Assembly: GCA_032718475.1 (NCBI GenBank)
Contig: JAUCBJ010008272.1
Span: 33,280 to 97,279 of the forward strand
Origin: Nemertoderma westbladi
Taxonomy: Eukaryota > Animalia > Xenacoelomorpha
DNA: 64,000 bases
Reading direction: 5' to 3'
In this document: positions 11,501-22,043 of the stretch, piece by piece
How positions within the stretch are numbered: position 1 is the stretch's first letter
Layout of the letters: every line of letters begins with the position of its first letter
Translations under genes and position numbers: made by a program
Notes under the pieces: model-generated
Seen by the model: only the letters and a program-made list of their open reading frames with translations
What the model was told of the DNA's origin: nothing
Databases searched by the model: none

Positions 11501-14500
11501 TTGTTGCTTTCCAAGATGGTTGTCGGTCAGAAGCAGTTAGGGGGAGCTCGCTGTCGGTGTCCTTTTCATACGTAAGTGCTCGATACACTGCGGTATTTAT
11601 CTGGTAACAGGATTCGTTTTCGTCGGAGAATTCGTCTGTATAGAATCCTTCCATCTCAGAACTTTGGTCAGTGTCATTCACACCACTGAATTGGACATGT
11701 AGTTCGGACTCACTTACCTGACTCGGGCTGTTTCGCTCGAATTCAGTGTGCAACAAGATATGATGTTTCGCACCGCACTTTGCACACCTTGCGTCGGAGT
11801 AACAGGTTCGCCGTTGGTGTCCTTGTCTGAGGCAATTATAACACAACCGCTTATCCCACATGACTTCACGTCTATCCTTTAATGATTTCTTTAGGAATTC
11901 ATCACACACATTCAAACGGTGGGGCCCGTCACACAGCGCACATTTCGGTTTGATGTTACTTACCTTATTTTGAGTAACGTTGTGTACACTCGTTCTTTCT
12001 TCGGGCTTTCTTACATGAATTCTCTTAGGAGACGTAGGAGGAGTTTTTCTTACCTGTTCTCTCCTGTCATTGGTTCGAGACTTGAATTTACTTACGTCTT
12101 TAGGCGTTTTGTTGACATAATAAGATCTTTCAGTGTCTTTCCCGCTGTCTTCTTCTTGAGAAGCCTGGCTTTCGCCGTCGTCGGTATAACACACTGGTGT
12201 TACCTTTCTCCTAGAAACGGGTTTCTCACTTACCTTGTTTTCCGGTGTCTTCTCTCTGGACTGCTTTAGGAGCTGTAATTTCACTTCTCCATCTAAGAAT
12301 GACATGAGATCAGCCATGGTAGGGTCTCGTCGTTGTTGTTCCATCATATATAACACTTTCTTATCCCAGCGTGTACCTACTCCACCCTTCGGTAAAGTAG
12401 AGGCCACGGCTCCAATAACCATAGAACTCTGATATTCATGAGACTTACCTAGCCAATCTAATTGTCTACAGATCTCCTGAATCTCATCGGAAAACTCTAT
12501 AATCCCGCTGCTAATGAACTTTCGGGGGGCTACCAATTTTGCATACAAATACCTAGCTATGTTATTCCTATTACCATACCTGATGTTTAGGTTATCCCAA
12601 ACTTGTCTTAGTCCATCTGGATGTCCAATAAACTTTAACGCCATTAACTTGGGAGATCCTTCCAAGCACTCGATGAGGAATCTAAGTTTCTCTCCGTTAG
12701 ATAACACAGAGTTCTGTATGTTATCCTTGTAATATTCATTAAAAGGTAACCATTTCATCTCATCTCCATTAAACTTGACGATCTCTCCCACCTTTACCGC
12801 TTGACGGGCTTCGGTTCTAGCCATTTGACGCGTAAAACTTTCTTGGGCCATCGTATTATTTAATATCGAGTTATCAGTATATAAATTTCTCGGATTATGA
12901 TCAGGTCTATATGGAATATCATTGTCAACAGGTTTATAATTACCCTTAATAGGGTTTACTATAGGAGTTTCTACTTCACTAGCAGTATAGATGCGTGTAG
13001 GCTCCACACCTTGCGCATGAAATACTTCAGACCTAACAGGTTGACACATTGTTACCGGGGTTGGTGGTATACCCTTTTGTATATTTACTAATTTATCACG
13101 TTCTAACGCGATATTCTGCTGCACTTCTTGCAACTCTAACCTACTTTCCCTTGCTGTTCCCTTGAACTGCTGAACAGTTCCTTCCATCTCCCGGACCTGC
13201 TGAGAGGAGCACTGGCGGTGTTCCCTCAGCTGCCCGAGCAGGAGACCCATCTCCCGTCGTCCCTCAGCTACCCACTCGACCGCTGAAGCGGGAGTCACCA
13301 ACGTAGTAGCGGGCGAGCGAGAGACGACGGGCGATAAATTCTTGATCTCTCGCTCGGCGTCCAGGACGGGTTCGGACTCGGGAACAGTCCTACAGGGCAC
13401 AGGTAGTTTAGTACTGTGCAAAGGGAATTTAGAGGTAGGTTCTGGGAGTACAGGTGTCTCTATCACCGAAGGGGTGGCTTCGAGAACAGGCCTAATTATT
13501 TCAGGCTCATCTACTATAGTAGGGAGTCTTTCTATTTTAATTATTTGGTCTGTGGGTTCTGTACTACCTAAGTCTGTGTTAGTTAGTTGCCTTCTAACAG
13601 CTGGGGGTAAATTAGGCAATTTCTGACGGTGGGACATTCTTCTACGTCTGCTTAGATGAGATCTATTTCCTCCGCCTTCAGGATCGGTGGTATCGCCTTC
13701 ATCAGATGATGTATATCCCTGTCTTTTGGGAGTAGATCGACTCATCATCTGCATTTGACTAGCTGTTAACTGTTTATTTATGCGGTCTTGATTCTCTTGA
13801 ATATTTTCCAACTCTAGTTGGGTGGTCTCTTCAGATGCTCTTCGTTCTGCTTCTGCCACGGCTCGCTTTCTTTCCGCTTCTGCCTCTGCTGCTGCCGCTG
13901 CTGCTATCTTTCTGTCTTCTATACGTTTTTTCTTTACTTGTTCTTCTTGGACTCTAGCGATGCGGAGGTGTTCATCAAATTTAGCTTGGTTCGCAGCTAT
14001 CATATCCGCATCGATTGCGTCCAACACAAGCATGGCTCCTTCACTATTAGGGCGAAGTCCAGACAGCCGTCTCCTCAACTCTTCGTCACCTACAAATCGT
14101 TGATAGTCTGACAGATAGATGTCAATAGCATCCCTCTTATGAGGTTTTTCTGCTGTCACTTCACTTTCCACTTGGGAAAAGGTAGCATCTGTTGATTCTC
14201 CATGGGTTGAGCGCTCAGCCAACTGAGATTTCCACGGGGCAGTTCTTTGAACTTTGAGACTCACCCGCTGAAACCAAGTCTTTACGGCAACTTGCAACGA
14301 CGTGTCTTGTCTTCTTTTCGAAGCCTCCTCAAAGGCCGATAAGATTAGTCTGATTCTTAGAATTCTTTCTCTAACTTGATAAAGCAGCTCTCCCTGCTCT
14401 TGAGGTCCTTGGGGTTGTCGAAACAGTTGTTCCTCTAATCGCTCCATAGAGCTGAAGAATCCCTGTACGTATCCTGCTGCCAACCTCTTCCACACAGCTG

Positions 14501-15083
14501 GATCGCTGGTTTCTTTTGCCACTCCCATCCTGTGTATGTCCTCCCAGGCAGCTTCCGATAAGTCAAACGGGAGTCCGGGTCCGGGGAAGTTCCATTGCGA
14601 CTCGACAATAGACTTCAGTTCTTCCCTTGTGTATCCCGCATAACTATCCTTGGTCGATCGCTTACTTCTCGCCCAATCAATCTGGTGTTCCTCCACCGCA
14701 ATCAATACCCTAGTGAGAATGTCTGCAGGAAGTATGAGAAGGGGATCCGAATAAACCGCATCTGCCATCTTTGCTCCGCGCTCGGGTGTCAGCTCTACAG
14801 TATCCGCACTACTGGAGCTGTCGGGCCTTTGAGAAATAAGTTCTCGGCTCGAGTGTTGCTGCTGTTCCGCTGCTTCTTGGTCTCGCTTGACTTGAGCTCG
14901 AGTGCCTATGATAGACCTACGGTGTTGGACTAGCCTAGGGTCTGATACTACTACTGGAGGGATGATCTTTCTTACAGTAGGAGGTGAGTTGAACTTCGGT
15001 CTCACACGTTCCACACTCCTGTCTGGGTCACAGATGGTTGTATCTAGGAGACTGTCTGACAGGTTTTGCTTCGTTTCAGACAT
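8508..15083 (-). CDS. BEL/Pao Gag-Pol polyprotein (Gag, protease, RT, RNase H), ended by a premature TAG
   Basis: DUF1759-like KFNGDEMKWLPF; triple Cys/His knuckle CALCDGPH..C / CYNCLRQGHQRRTC / CAKCGAKHHILLH; protease LLDSGS; RT YMDD; RNase H LHVFGDAS. The TAG at 8508-8510 aligns with AAG in copy 2. Confidence 0.95.
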   Translation of the reverse strand: MSETKQNLSDSLLDTTICDPDRSVERVRPKFNSPPTVRKIIPPVVVSDPRLVQHRRSIIGTRAQVKRDQEAAEQQQHSSRELISQRPDSSSSADTVELTPERGAKMADAVYSDPLLILPADILTRVLIAVEEHQIDWARSKRSTKDSYAGYTREELKSIVESQWNFPGPGLPFDLSEAAWEDIHRMGVAKETSDPAVWKRLAAGYVQGFFSSMERLEEQLFRQPQGPQEQGELLYQVRERILRIRLILSAFEEASKRRQDTSLQVAVKTWFQRVSLKVQRTAPWKSQLAERSTHGESTDATFSQVESEVTAEKPHKRDAIDIYLSDYQRFVGDEELRRRLSGLRPNSEGAMLVLDAIDADMIAANQAKFDEHLRIARVQEEQVKKKRIEDRKIAAAAAAEAEAERKRAVAEAERRASEETTQLELENIQENQDRINKQLTASQMQMMSRSTPKRQGYTSSDEGDTTDPEGGGNRSHLSRRRRMSHRQKLPNLPPAVRRQLTNTDLGSTEPTDQIIKIERLPTIVDEPEIIRPVLEATPSVIETPVLPEPTSKFPLHSTKLPVPCRTVPESEPVLDAEREIKNLSPVVSRSPATTLVTPASAVEWVAEGRREMGLLLGQLREHRQCSSQQVREMEGTVQQFKGTARESRLELQEVQQNIALERDKLVNIQKGIPPTPVTMCQPVRSEVFHAQGVEPTRIYTASEVETPIVNPIKGNYKPVDNDIPYRPDHNPRNLYTDNSILNNTMAQESFTRQMARTEARQAVKVGEIVKFNGDEMKWLPFNEYYKDNIQNSVLSNGEKLRFLIECLEGSPKLMALKFIGHPDGLRQVWDNLNIRYGNRNNIARYLYAKLVAPRKFISSGIIEFSDEIQEICRQLDWLGKSHEYQSSMVIGAVASTLPKGGVGTRWDKKVLYMMEQQRRDPTMADLMSFLDGEVKLQLLKQSREKTPENKVSEKPVSRRKVTPVCYTDDGESQASQEEDSGKDTERSYYVNKTPKDVSKFKSRTNDRREQVRKTPPTSPKRIHVRKPEERTSVHNVTQNKVSNIKPKCALCDGPHRLNVCDEFLKKSLKDRREVMWDKRLCYNCLRQGHQRRTCYSDARCAKCGAKHHILLHTEFERNSPSQVSESELHVQFSGVNDTDQSSEMEGFYTDEFSDENESCYQINTAVYRALTYEKDTDSELPLTASDRQPSWKATTSNVGIREFPVVQLRVHRPERSYIVNALLDSGSTGTFIDKELAEDIFAGQPKFRTKLNMSGIMQVWKSTVIADYYVGALSTPQDELGEYSIRSVKMVAIKNFATSQVEPYNWDEDDFTQRLNIPRFNTDYPGVQILIGQNAHEALETLEKRPAQPQPLQAYAGRTRVGWYFTGPSRRTLMERLPKEQVYQVSEWEVESSEVDDPTEGTPYSSDNDDIHQLFDEENTIDLLTENETWQNQVNLCQLIRPSGQVDYNDELNDVIERYNAKTRDEHAVRFFTQEAVEPNSYDKTLSVEEERAKQIQETTTCFLKDQGRYEIGLTFRKREPKFINNRPLAEKRIAQLHRRLTANASAKEMYQTQLKKFINKGYAERVPEETPITERTYYLTHHYVPKPGKPHEVRVVFDGSALYMGQSLNSELLPGPNLLQSLLGILLRLRQYSIAFASDIDGMFLQVKALDRDRDSLRFLWWPEGDLNQKLVEYWMTIQAFGIISSPSNACSVVRTTADDNRDAFSKEVIDNIKRDIYMDDNLKSLPSVEEAIDVAKGTVECLKRGGFRLTKFTSNSREFLESIPVEDRGAKDLDLMKDDLPETKTLGLKWDTERDILLFQLKQRDNPVRTKRICLSILSTYFDPLGFISPVILIARSLVQQMWLENHSWDDPLKGELLKKWMKWEDSLPAIENFIISRSYFGHVLPTYSYQLHVFGDASDIGIGIVAYLRVETPDGIKVALVTSKALINNKLKVPRAELKAALYATTIGRNVTEQIEYPLEKTVYWTDALLVLEYITNEVCQFSVFVTKRVAIILSRTKMDQWRHCPGTINPADIASRGATPQELIDTPDWLGGPDFLSKEEEEWPPHLTTAEIRQAKGAEKVKPKTRASKSKLFKPVVDLSVLHTSGDDALDPKPTATNKSVVEIREKDWKSGIPDVSQGLSPLLQRAIYHYSSWNRLCKAVTYLKRCFHHHYSRTMTNSDTALLTSVQVHVVKDLLKYKISDRFLKE

Positions 15084-15219
15084 GTTTGTTTGTACAGTTG
15101 AATGCCTACTGCTATATTACAGTTAAAGCAAGTCTAGTAATTCAGTATCAACTGTTAGCCTAGTAATTAATTACCGATACTGTTACTCAGTGTAACGTGA
15201 TATATATATATAATATATT

Positions 15220-15595
15220 AGAATACCGGTATGCTTATAGTATATATATAAGTATTATTACAGACTAGGTTTGTCACAGAATACCGGTATATAATTTCAG
15301 CGCAAATATATATAAATATATAATAGGCCTATCGTGAATACTGGTATACAGCTTACACTTATAGTATATATAAGTATAATTATTACAGACTAGGTTTGTC
15401 ACAGAATACCGGTATAATTTCAGCCTAAATTTATAAATATAGAATAGGCCTATCGTGAATACCGGTATGCAGCTTACACTTATAGTATATATAAGTATAA
15501 TTATGGACTAGAATTAATTACAGAATACCGGTATAATATCAGCCTAAATTTATAGAAATAAATATAATGAGCCTATCGTAAATACCGGTATGTCA
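15220..15595. repeat. ~3 diverged ~120-bp tandem units in the BEL 5' leader
   Basis: Recurring tattacagactaggtttgtcacagaataccggtat / ggcctatcgtgaatac(c/t)ggtat blocks. Confidence 0.7.
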
Positions 15596-17117
15596 ATTAT
15601 TTTAGAATAATTGAATTTCTGAATTTTAGGAGTTACTTGGTTACTTTACTTTACTTGATTGCCGTTATTTAAGCAGTAGTCCAACTGACATTAAGACCTA
15701 ATTGTTGTAAGACAGGCCTACTATTTTATAAATCAGTTTGAGTTGATTTATAATATATATATACCCGTATAATGGGTTTTGTCAATATTTGAAATAAATG
15801 TTATTATTTCTGGGAAGGAGTCACTGCACAGAAGCTGTACGCTCTCAGTGAAGTGCTACTTGTTGGACACTAAAACAAATAATTCTAATTTGCCTAAGTT
15901 ACTTAATACTACAAATTACGTACAATTCGGGGTGAGATTACAATCTCTAAATAAACACAAAAATTACACGTACGAATTTTTAGGGTAATTTCACAAGAAG
16001 TCTACAAACCAGCCTAACAAAGGGTTAGAATATCTGGTTATTACAAACAGGCAGGATTCTACGGTATTTGAAAATAACAAAGCAGTAGTAAATATACTGC
16101 GTTGTCCAGATAGGAAAAATACCACCGTCTGACGACTTATAGCCGTATCGCTATAAGTACTACGTTATGTATCATGGAGTGTTCCTACCTAGAAGTTAAT
16201 TACCGCGGCCTACCAGAGCCAACGTGCCTATTAACCACTTTACAACACAAATATACTGCCTACACACTAATTACCTTCGGAAAGCACTGTACACTAAACC
16301 CTAAATTAGGTACAAGTACTTATACAACAAATAATCAGCAGTTAAAAATACTTATACAGCTAAAAGAACCACGGTATCTGCTGGAGTGATCAAAGCATAT
16401 AATCTCCAGTCTTTACCTACGCCAAACAGCCCTGATGTAGTACCGGGGTTAATTTAACTATAACGGTATGTATAACAAGCACAATTACTGTAGGAATAAA
16501 CTTGGGGGTATGAATGTTGCGAATAATCGCATAAACTCTGAATAATAAATATTACGCTACCCTTACAGACTATACAAAACAAAATACAGACCAAACGCTG
16601 GCAGACCACTATCAAGCCTAAATAAACCACAGTATATGCAGACTCAGAAATGGTTAGTTAGTATGCGTTCTAACCGAGTAGTACGACTTATTCTTTCAGG
16701 GGGATTTACCTTACAGCACTGGATGTCACCCACTTTCCTAACTAGTACTTTAGCGGAGATACACTCTACACACACTGTAATCTCCTCAGACTTAACTACA
16801 GTCAGACAACAGTCCAGCCTACAAATTACCTGTACAATCTGAGCAGGCTTACACGTCTTCTGCTCAACATCAACTTACAGATAAATAAAACTGACAGAAA
16901 TAAGTAAAATCTCAATAAAAAACCAGGGCGGCCGTCCCTGATTAAATATCAAGACCTACCGGTATATAATTATCAAAATCGAATAATACTGCTGTACCTG
17001 TACTGCTGTAAGTACCGGTCCGGGTGGTTAGGAAGTCAGGCCTACCAGTTACCGGTCGACCGGTACTTTAGACTGTATTTATTGCCTACACTGCAATCAG
17101 AACTCAATAACTGTTAT

Positions 17118-18292
17118 TGTTCGCGCTTTCAGACCTTTAGCAGTTTAACCTGCCAAATTTAGATGTCTTCTAGATTATAAATCGACTTTAGCCTATGACG
17201 AGTATTTGATACACTACATTAGCCGAAGCCAGTCTATGCGCGACCATTCACCCGCTGGATATACCCGGGAGACTGGATTCGGAAGCTTTGACCTTATTGC
17301 GGTGTAGGCCTACTGTATTATTCGACTGATTGTTAATATATAATTTCTGACAAATATTATTCACTTTCGGGAAATATCAACAGTTCCTTTAGGACGTGGC
17401 ACTCTAAATATGTAAACAGAGTTATGACTTACACTAAACACAATGGGATGGCTATTGATTCACGTATAAAGCGCATTCTTTAGGAGATGCTTTGTTATCA
17501 GTCACAATCATGCACACTACCGCACAATGCTACACACCGATCTGCCGACCTTCACTAATTTTAGTCACATATAAAGAGAACAGCAACCGACACATGTAGT
17601 GCCTATGAAATAGCATTAGATTCACTCCAAAACCACTTTAATGTAAGTCGCAATTGTTATATGTAACCGGTCTCTTAACTTCAGTATATCAAGAAGATTG
17701 GGGTTTTATGATTATTTATCGATATTATCCAAATATAACAATATTCCATCCACTGATATAATTAATAACAGACAGTAAATAGCAGTAAAAATGTGGTGTG
17801 GTATATGAACACACTGACTTGCGTGAGTTGATATGATTAGGTGAGATAGGATAACAGTTATACGTTTCTATGATCAAGCCTACTAATGTTTGGCTAAAGC
17901 CTGAAACACAGAAATTCCAAAGCCGGTCTTCTGGCATCAGGAAAAATACACACACTGACTGAATTGCATGAGTTTCTGTATACAATCTCCAACACAGAGT
18001 GAAAACCGCTCTGATTGGTCGACCGAACAAAGAACGAACAAAGAACAAAGAAAAAGTTACATGTGGACACAGCTGATAGATGTCGTCATCTGAGTTCCGA
18101 TGTTTAGAGTATTTGGCTTATTGCGACATAAAATCGCTAGTTATGTCCGCTAAAGTACACATACAGAAGAAATGGCTTTTTATGTCCACTAAAACACCGG
18201 TACAGTAAGGAAACGGCTTTTTATGTCCGTTAAAACAACTACAGAGTACTTTGCGGGGAAAATAATCAGCTAATTCCGCAAAAGCCTTTACA
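17118..18292 (-). repeat. 5' LTR of BEL copy 1 (~1175 bp)
   Basis: Minus strand begins TGTAAAGGCTTTTGCGGA and ends GCGCGAACA, matching the termini of the other two LTRs; CCAATCAGAGC box shared by all three. Confidence 0.85.
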
Positions 18293-18377
18293 TATTTCTT
18301 CAAACTGTCAGACTGATGATTTCTGGACTGTCAGACAGTTGATTTCAACATGCCTATGCCAATACATTCAACATTTG

Positions 18378-19879
18378 TTGATTTCTGGTCTGTCGGACAG
18401 TTGGTTTCACTATGCCTGTGCCAAAACAACATTCAAAATTCCATGATTTATAGACTATGAGATAGATTTTCATATGCGCCTGTCAGCCTGTGGTAAAAGA
18501 CTCTAAATTTAATAGTTTGTGGTTGTTGTCGATAATCGATTACCACACTCATTTAGCAATAAAACAGAGGCGGGCCTTTCTAACAAAACAATAAACGGCC
18601 ACTTTACCAAATCAGGGAAAGGAGCAGGTTTACAGAGGCGGGCCTTTCTAACCAAAACAATAAACGGTCACTTTACCAATTCAGGGAAAGGTGCAGGTTT
18701 ACAGAGGTGGACAGACCAATTGCTACAAACTGCTTTGCATAATACGTTTCTGATTGGTCTGTCCGTTGTCCATTTTCTGTGTCCAGTCCACCTTTTTCAA
18801 ACACCCGTTTCTCTCTACTGCTGTTCTCTCAGGACTCAGGCTATCAGTACCGGTATTAGTATAGGCCTATAGAGCACTATTTTGTAGTATTGCTATTGTA
18901 TGTACAGATGTAGGTATAAAGCAGGTATTTTAGCACCGGTTCCGCCACCGGTACTGCTGTAGGCCTATTGTGTAGCCTACCATTTAAATACGGTAATGCA
19001 AGGCCTACCGGCTGACCGGTTGTTTTGGTCAGAAAATCCCGCCTCTGTAACCTGCTCCTTTATTTCAATTGGTAATGTTATCGTTTATTGTTTTGGCTAG
19101 AAAAGACCATCTATGTAACCTGCTCCTTTCCTTCATTTGGTAAATTGATTGTTTATTGTTTTGGTTAGAAAATCCGGCCTTAACCTGCTCCTTTCCCTGA
19201 TTTGGTGAAGTGACCGTTTATTATTTTGGTTAGAAAGGCTAACCTCTGTAACCTGCTCCTTTCCTTCATTTTGTGAAGTGACTGTTTATTGTTTTGGTTA
19301 GAAATTCCCGCCTCTGTAACCTGCCGCCTTTCCCTCAATTAGTTAAGTGATCGTTTATTGTTTTGGTTAGGAAATCCCGCCTCTGTAACCTGCTCCTTTC
19401 CCTGATTTGGTAAAGTGACTGTTTATTGTTTTGGTTAGAAAATCTCGTCTCTGTAACCTGCTCCTTTCCCTGATTTGGTAAAGTGACTGTTTATTGTTTT
19501 GGTTAGAAAATCCCGCCTCTGTAACCCGCTCCTTTCCCTCAATTAGTTAAATGATCGTTTATTGTTTTGGTTAGAAAGGCCCGCCTCTATAACCGGCTCC
19601 TTTCCTTCATTTGGTAAAGTGACTGTTTATTGTTTTGGTTAGAACATCCGGCCTTAACCTGCTCCTTTCCATCAATTGGTAATTGTTTTTGGCTATAAAA
19701 TGAGTGTTTTGCTACGTCATGTGGTAATCGATTATCGACAACAACCACAAACTATTAAATTTAGAGTCTTTTACAACAGGCGCATATGGAAATCTATCTC
19801 ATAGTCTATAAATCATGGAATCATGGAATGTTTTGGCACATGCATAGTGAAATCAACTGTCCGACAGACCAGAAATCAA
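18378..19879. mobile_element. Foldback-type non-autonomous element: ~170-bp TIRs plus internal 68-bp tandem repeats in opposite orientation in each arm
   Basis: ttgatttctggtctgtcggacag...gataatcgattaccaca (left) is the reverse complement of tgtggtaatcgattatc...ctgtccgacagaccagaaatcaa (right); ~2 units at 18565-18710 and ~10 inverted units at 19020-19690. Confidence 0.8.
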
Positions 19880-20049
19880 ACCTGGGAAACCTGGAAATCT
19901 GGGCAACAATGCATTACATCTTTAATCATACTATTAAGTAGCTATTCATAAATTTAAAAAATGTTCCAGAATATGGTTTATTTATTAATAGAATAAAATA
20001 GCCTCGCGTCGTTGCATAACCATGCAACATTTGAACGCTCATATATCAG

Positions 20050-20375
20050 CTATTTTTCAACGAAATTCAAATTGTGTTACATATTTGGAATCCTTGCATG
20101 GCCAGCTTTCCATTGGTACAATAAGGTAGAGGAATATAAGGTAGAAGAATAACTGCGGTGTAACTGGTGTAATATCGCTGAAGACATTTTTTTAAACGCT
20201 TGTAGCTAAAGATTGAAAGCAAAAATAAAAATTCTGGCTCACCCAGTCAGTGTTCGGGAGGTGAAACTATCTCTGTTTCACATTTCATGCAATCTCATTA
20301 CGATTTGTAGAAAAATTAGGGGGGGGGGGGGCGTGTCACTGAATTACGACACTATATTCTGGAACATGGTGTATA
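20050..20375 (+). repeat. Dispersed repeat, second copy at 45735-46052
   Basis: Shared tcaacgaaattca..gttacatatttggaatccttgca and gatttgtagaaaaatt(g)n..cactatatt..catggtgta. Confidence 0.7.
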
Positions 20376-20574
20376 GAGGTAGGTGCATTACAATATATAC
20401 CAGCATTACAAATAGAACCATACAAAAATGTAACAGGCTAGACGTAGAGTAAAACTCTATTTAGAAAAAACCTACAGTATAAACCTACAATACAGGAATT
20501 ATTATAAAACAAATAAAGTAGAAAAGATGTGTCCTGTATGTTAAGTTTCTCTGTTGTTTCTCTGTTTCTCTGTT

Positions 20575-20880
20575 TCACTGTATGTTTCTCTGTTCGGACC
20601 GACTTGGCCAAGTGCTCATACACTCTCACCTTAAAGTGGCGTTTTGACTTGCCAATGTAGGTAGCGGAACAGCTACCGCACGTGAATTTATAAAGGGTGA
20701 GTGAGCGTAATGAGACTGGCAGTCGGTCTTTAAAAGAAAACATGTCAGACAACCTACAATCAGGCTTAAAAATGAATTTAAAATCGCACTGTGGAAAGGC
20801 ACTTGTTAAAATTCTTAATCGCTTTTGAAGTAAAGTAGAAGTGGCTCCTAAGAAGGGTAGGACTACGTAACGTATACTGG
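20575..20880 (-). pseudogene. Penelope-like element fragment (RT C-terminal linker and GIY-YIG endonuclease start)
   Basis: VVLPFLG...FSFKDRLP...LYKFTCGSCSATYIGKSKRHFKVRVYEH, typical of PLE GIY-YIG; truncated. Confidence 0.8.
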
Positions 20881-21027
20881 TTTTTTACTTACTGTATGTA
20901 CTACGGTCGGTTCGGGACCAACAAGTTTATGTTTAACAATTAGTTTATCTGTCAGCTCTATATGTAGACGTAAAGTTTACGTTGGGGTTTTCACTTTCTA
21001 TGTCTTGAATTAAGAAATGAGAAGTTG

Positions 21028-21780
21028 TTAAATGATTTGTAGATTATTGGTTGTGGTTTGTGTTTGGCTGGTTTTGATGCAATACATCGATATTCCCCGG
21101 CATATCAAAGAAACTCCGACAATAAAACCTCCAATCCAAACGGCAGTAACACCACCGGAAGCAGACTTGACGTTTGCTATGGTAAATGCAGTGGCGACGA
21201 GTAGAAACAGAAATCCCACAGTAACGTAAATAGCGCCTCTGTTGCGCGCAAAGTCACCCACAGACGAGACGCGACCGCACTTGGGACACTTGGACAGACT
21301 GCTCTTCTTATAACACACAAACGTGTCGCCGCAATGCCCACATATCGCGGTAACTCGGTTGGGACAGGCTTCCGTGCTTGAGATTGTTCCTCCAGCGAGC
21401 GTGATTATCCGCTTACATCGCGGGCGCGGACACGACACTTGGTTGCTCTGTAGCCTACAGATTAGCAGATTGTTGCACAGACACCGAATATACCTCCTAC
21501 CACTAGGGGGCGCTTTCACCGCTGACGACTCACCACAATGACCGCATTTAACCACCGTATGTTTGGACTTCCCCTTCAGACTGACTGGAGACATGCATAC
21601 ATTGCACTCTATGTTGGGAGTGGCTGTCTGGTCCAGACTGTAGGCGGGGGGTTTGACTTCTTCGAAGGACAACGGTACGGAGGACTCGGGGGCTGTAGGT
21701 GTGGTAAAATCATCTTGGATATTGGAGTAGTAGGATGGCAAGTCCGGTTCAACCAAACGGTCGCTGTCTTTAGTTGTCAT
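21028..21780 (-). CDS. TMEM55: TMEM55/PIP4P-family protein, 250 aa, single exon
   Basis: PPAY motif; CxxC pairs CNVC, CGHC; APPSGRRYIRCLCNNLLIC...CPRPRCKRII; two C-terminal TM helices; ATG at 21780 (MTTKDSD). Confidence 0.9.
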   Translation of the reverse strand: MTTKDSDRLVEPDLPSYYSNIQDDFTTPTAPESSVPLSFEEVKPPAYSLDQTATPNIECNVCMSPVSLKGKSKHTVVKCGHCGESSAVKAPPSGRRYIRCLCNNLLICRLQSNQVSCPRPRCKRIITLAGGTISSTEACPNRVTAICGHCGDTFVCYKKSSLSKCPKCGRVSSVGDFARNRGAIYVTVGFLFLLVATAFTIANVKSASGGVTAVWIGGFIVGVSLICRGISMYCIKTSQTQTTTNNLQII

Positions 21781-21792
21781 GACGATATATGT

Positions 21793-21865
21793 AATAATAA
21801 TAATAATAATGCATTTGTATAGCGCCAAATTTACAACAACAGAAGTACGCTAAGGCGCTTACGTC
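21793..21865 (-). mobile_element. 3' tail of an L2-type LINE or L2-dependent SINE
   Basis: Minus strand gtaagcgccttagcg...ggcgctatacaaatgcatt(att)n, a stem-loop followed by an (ATT)n tail. Confidence 0.55.
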
Positions 21866-22043
21866 ACAAGCAATATAACATTAAAACTAGCAGTGCAAGT
21901 AGTACAGAAATTAAAAATTATAGTCGTCACTAACGATAAAACGTGCAGATCAAAATGACTAAAGGTTATTACAATCGTTAAAAAGTGGAACATACAGTAC
22001 AAATTGATATATACACTCTACTACAGTATATACTATATATATG

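Larger units (their letters stand above)
1261..18292 (-). mobile_element. BEL/Pao LTR retrotransposon, copy 1 (5' LTR, ~2 kb leader, gag-pol, ~1.6 kb spacer, large accessory ORF); 3' LTR not seen in window
   Basis: BEL/Pao gag-pol motifs; 5' LTR homologous to the TSD-flanked solo LTR at 27797-28741; colinear with copy 2 at 32660-45729. Confidence 0.95.

Noticed and set aside
9703-15126. Plus-strand ORFs antisense to gag-pol
   Set aside because: Shadow ORFs of a long coding strand with no recognisable motifs.
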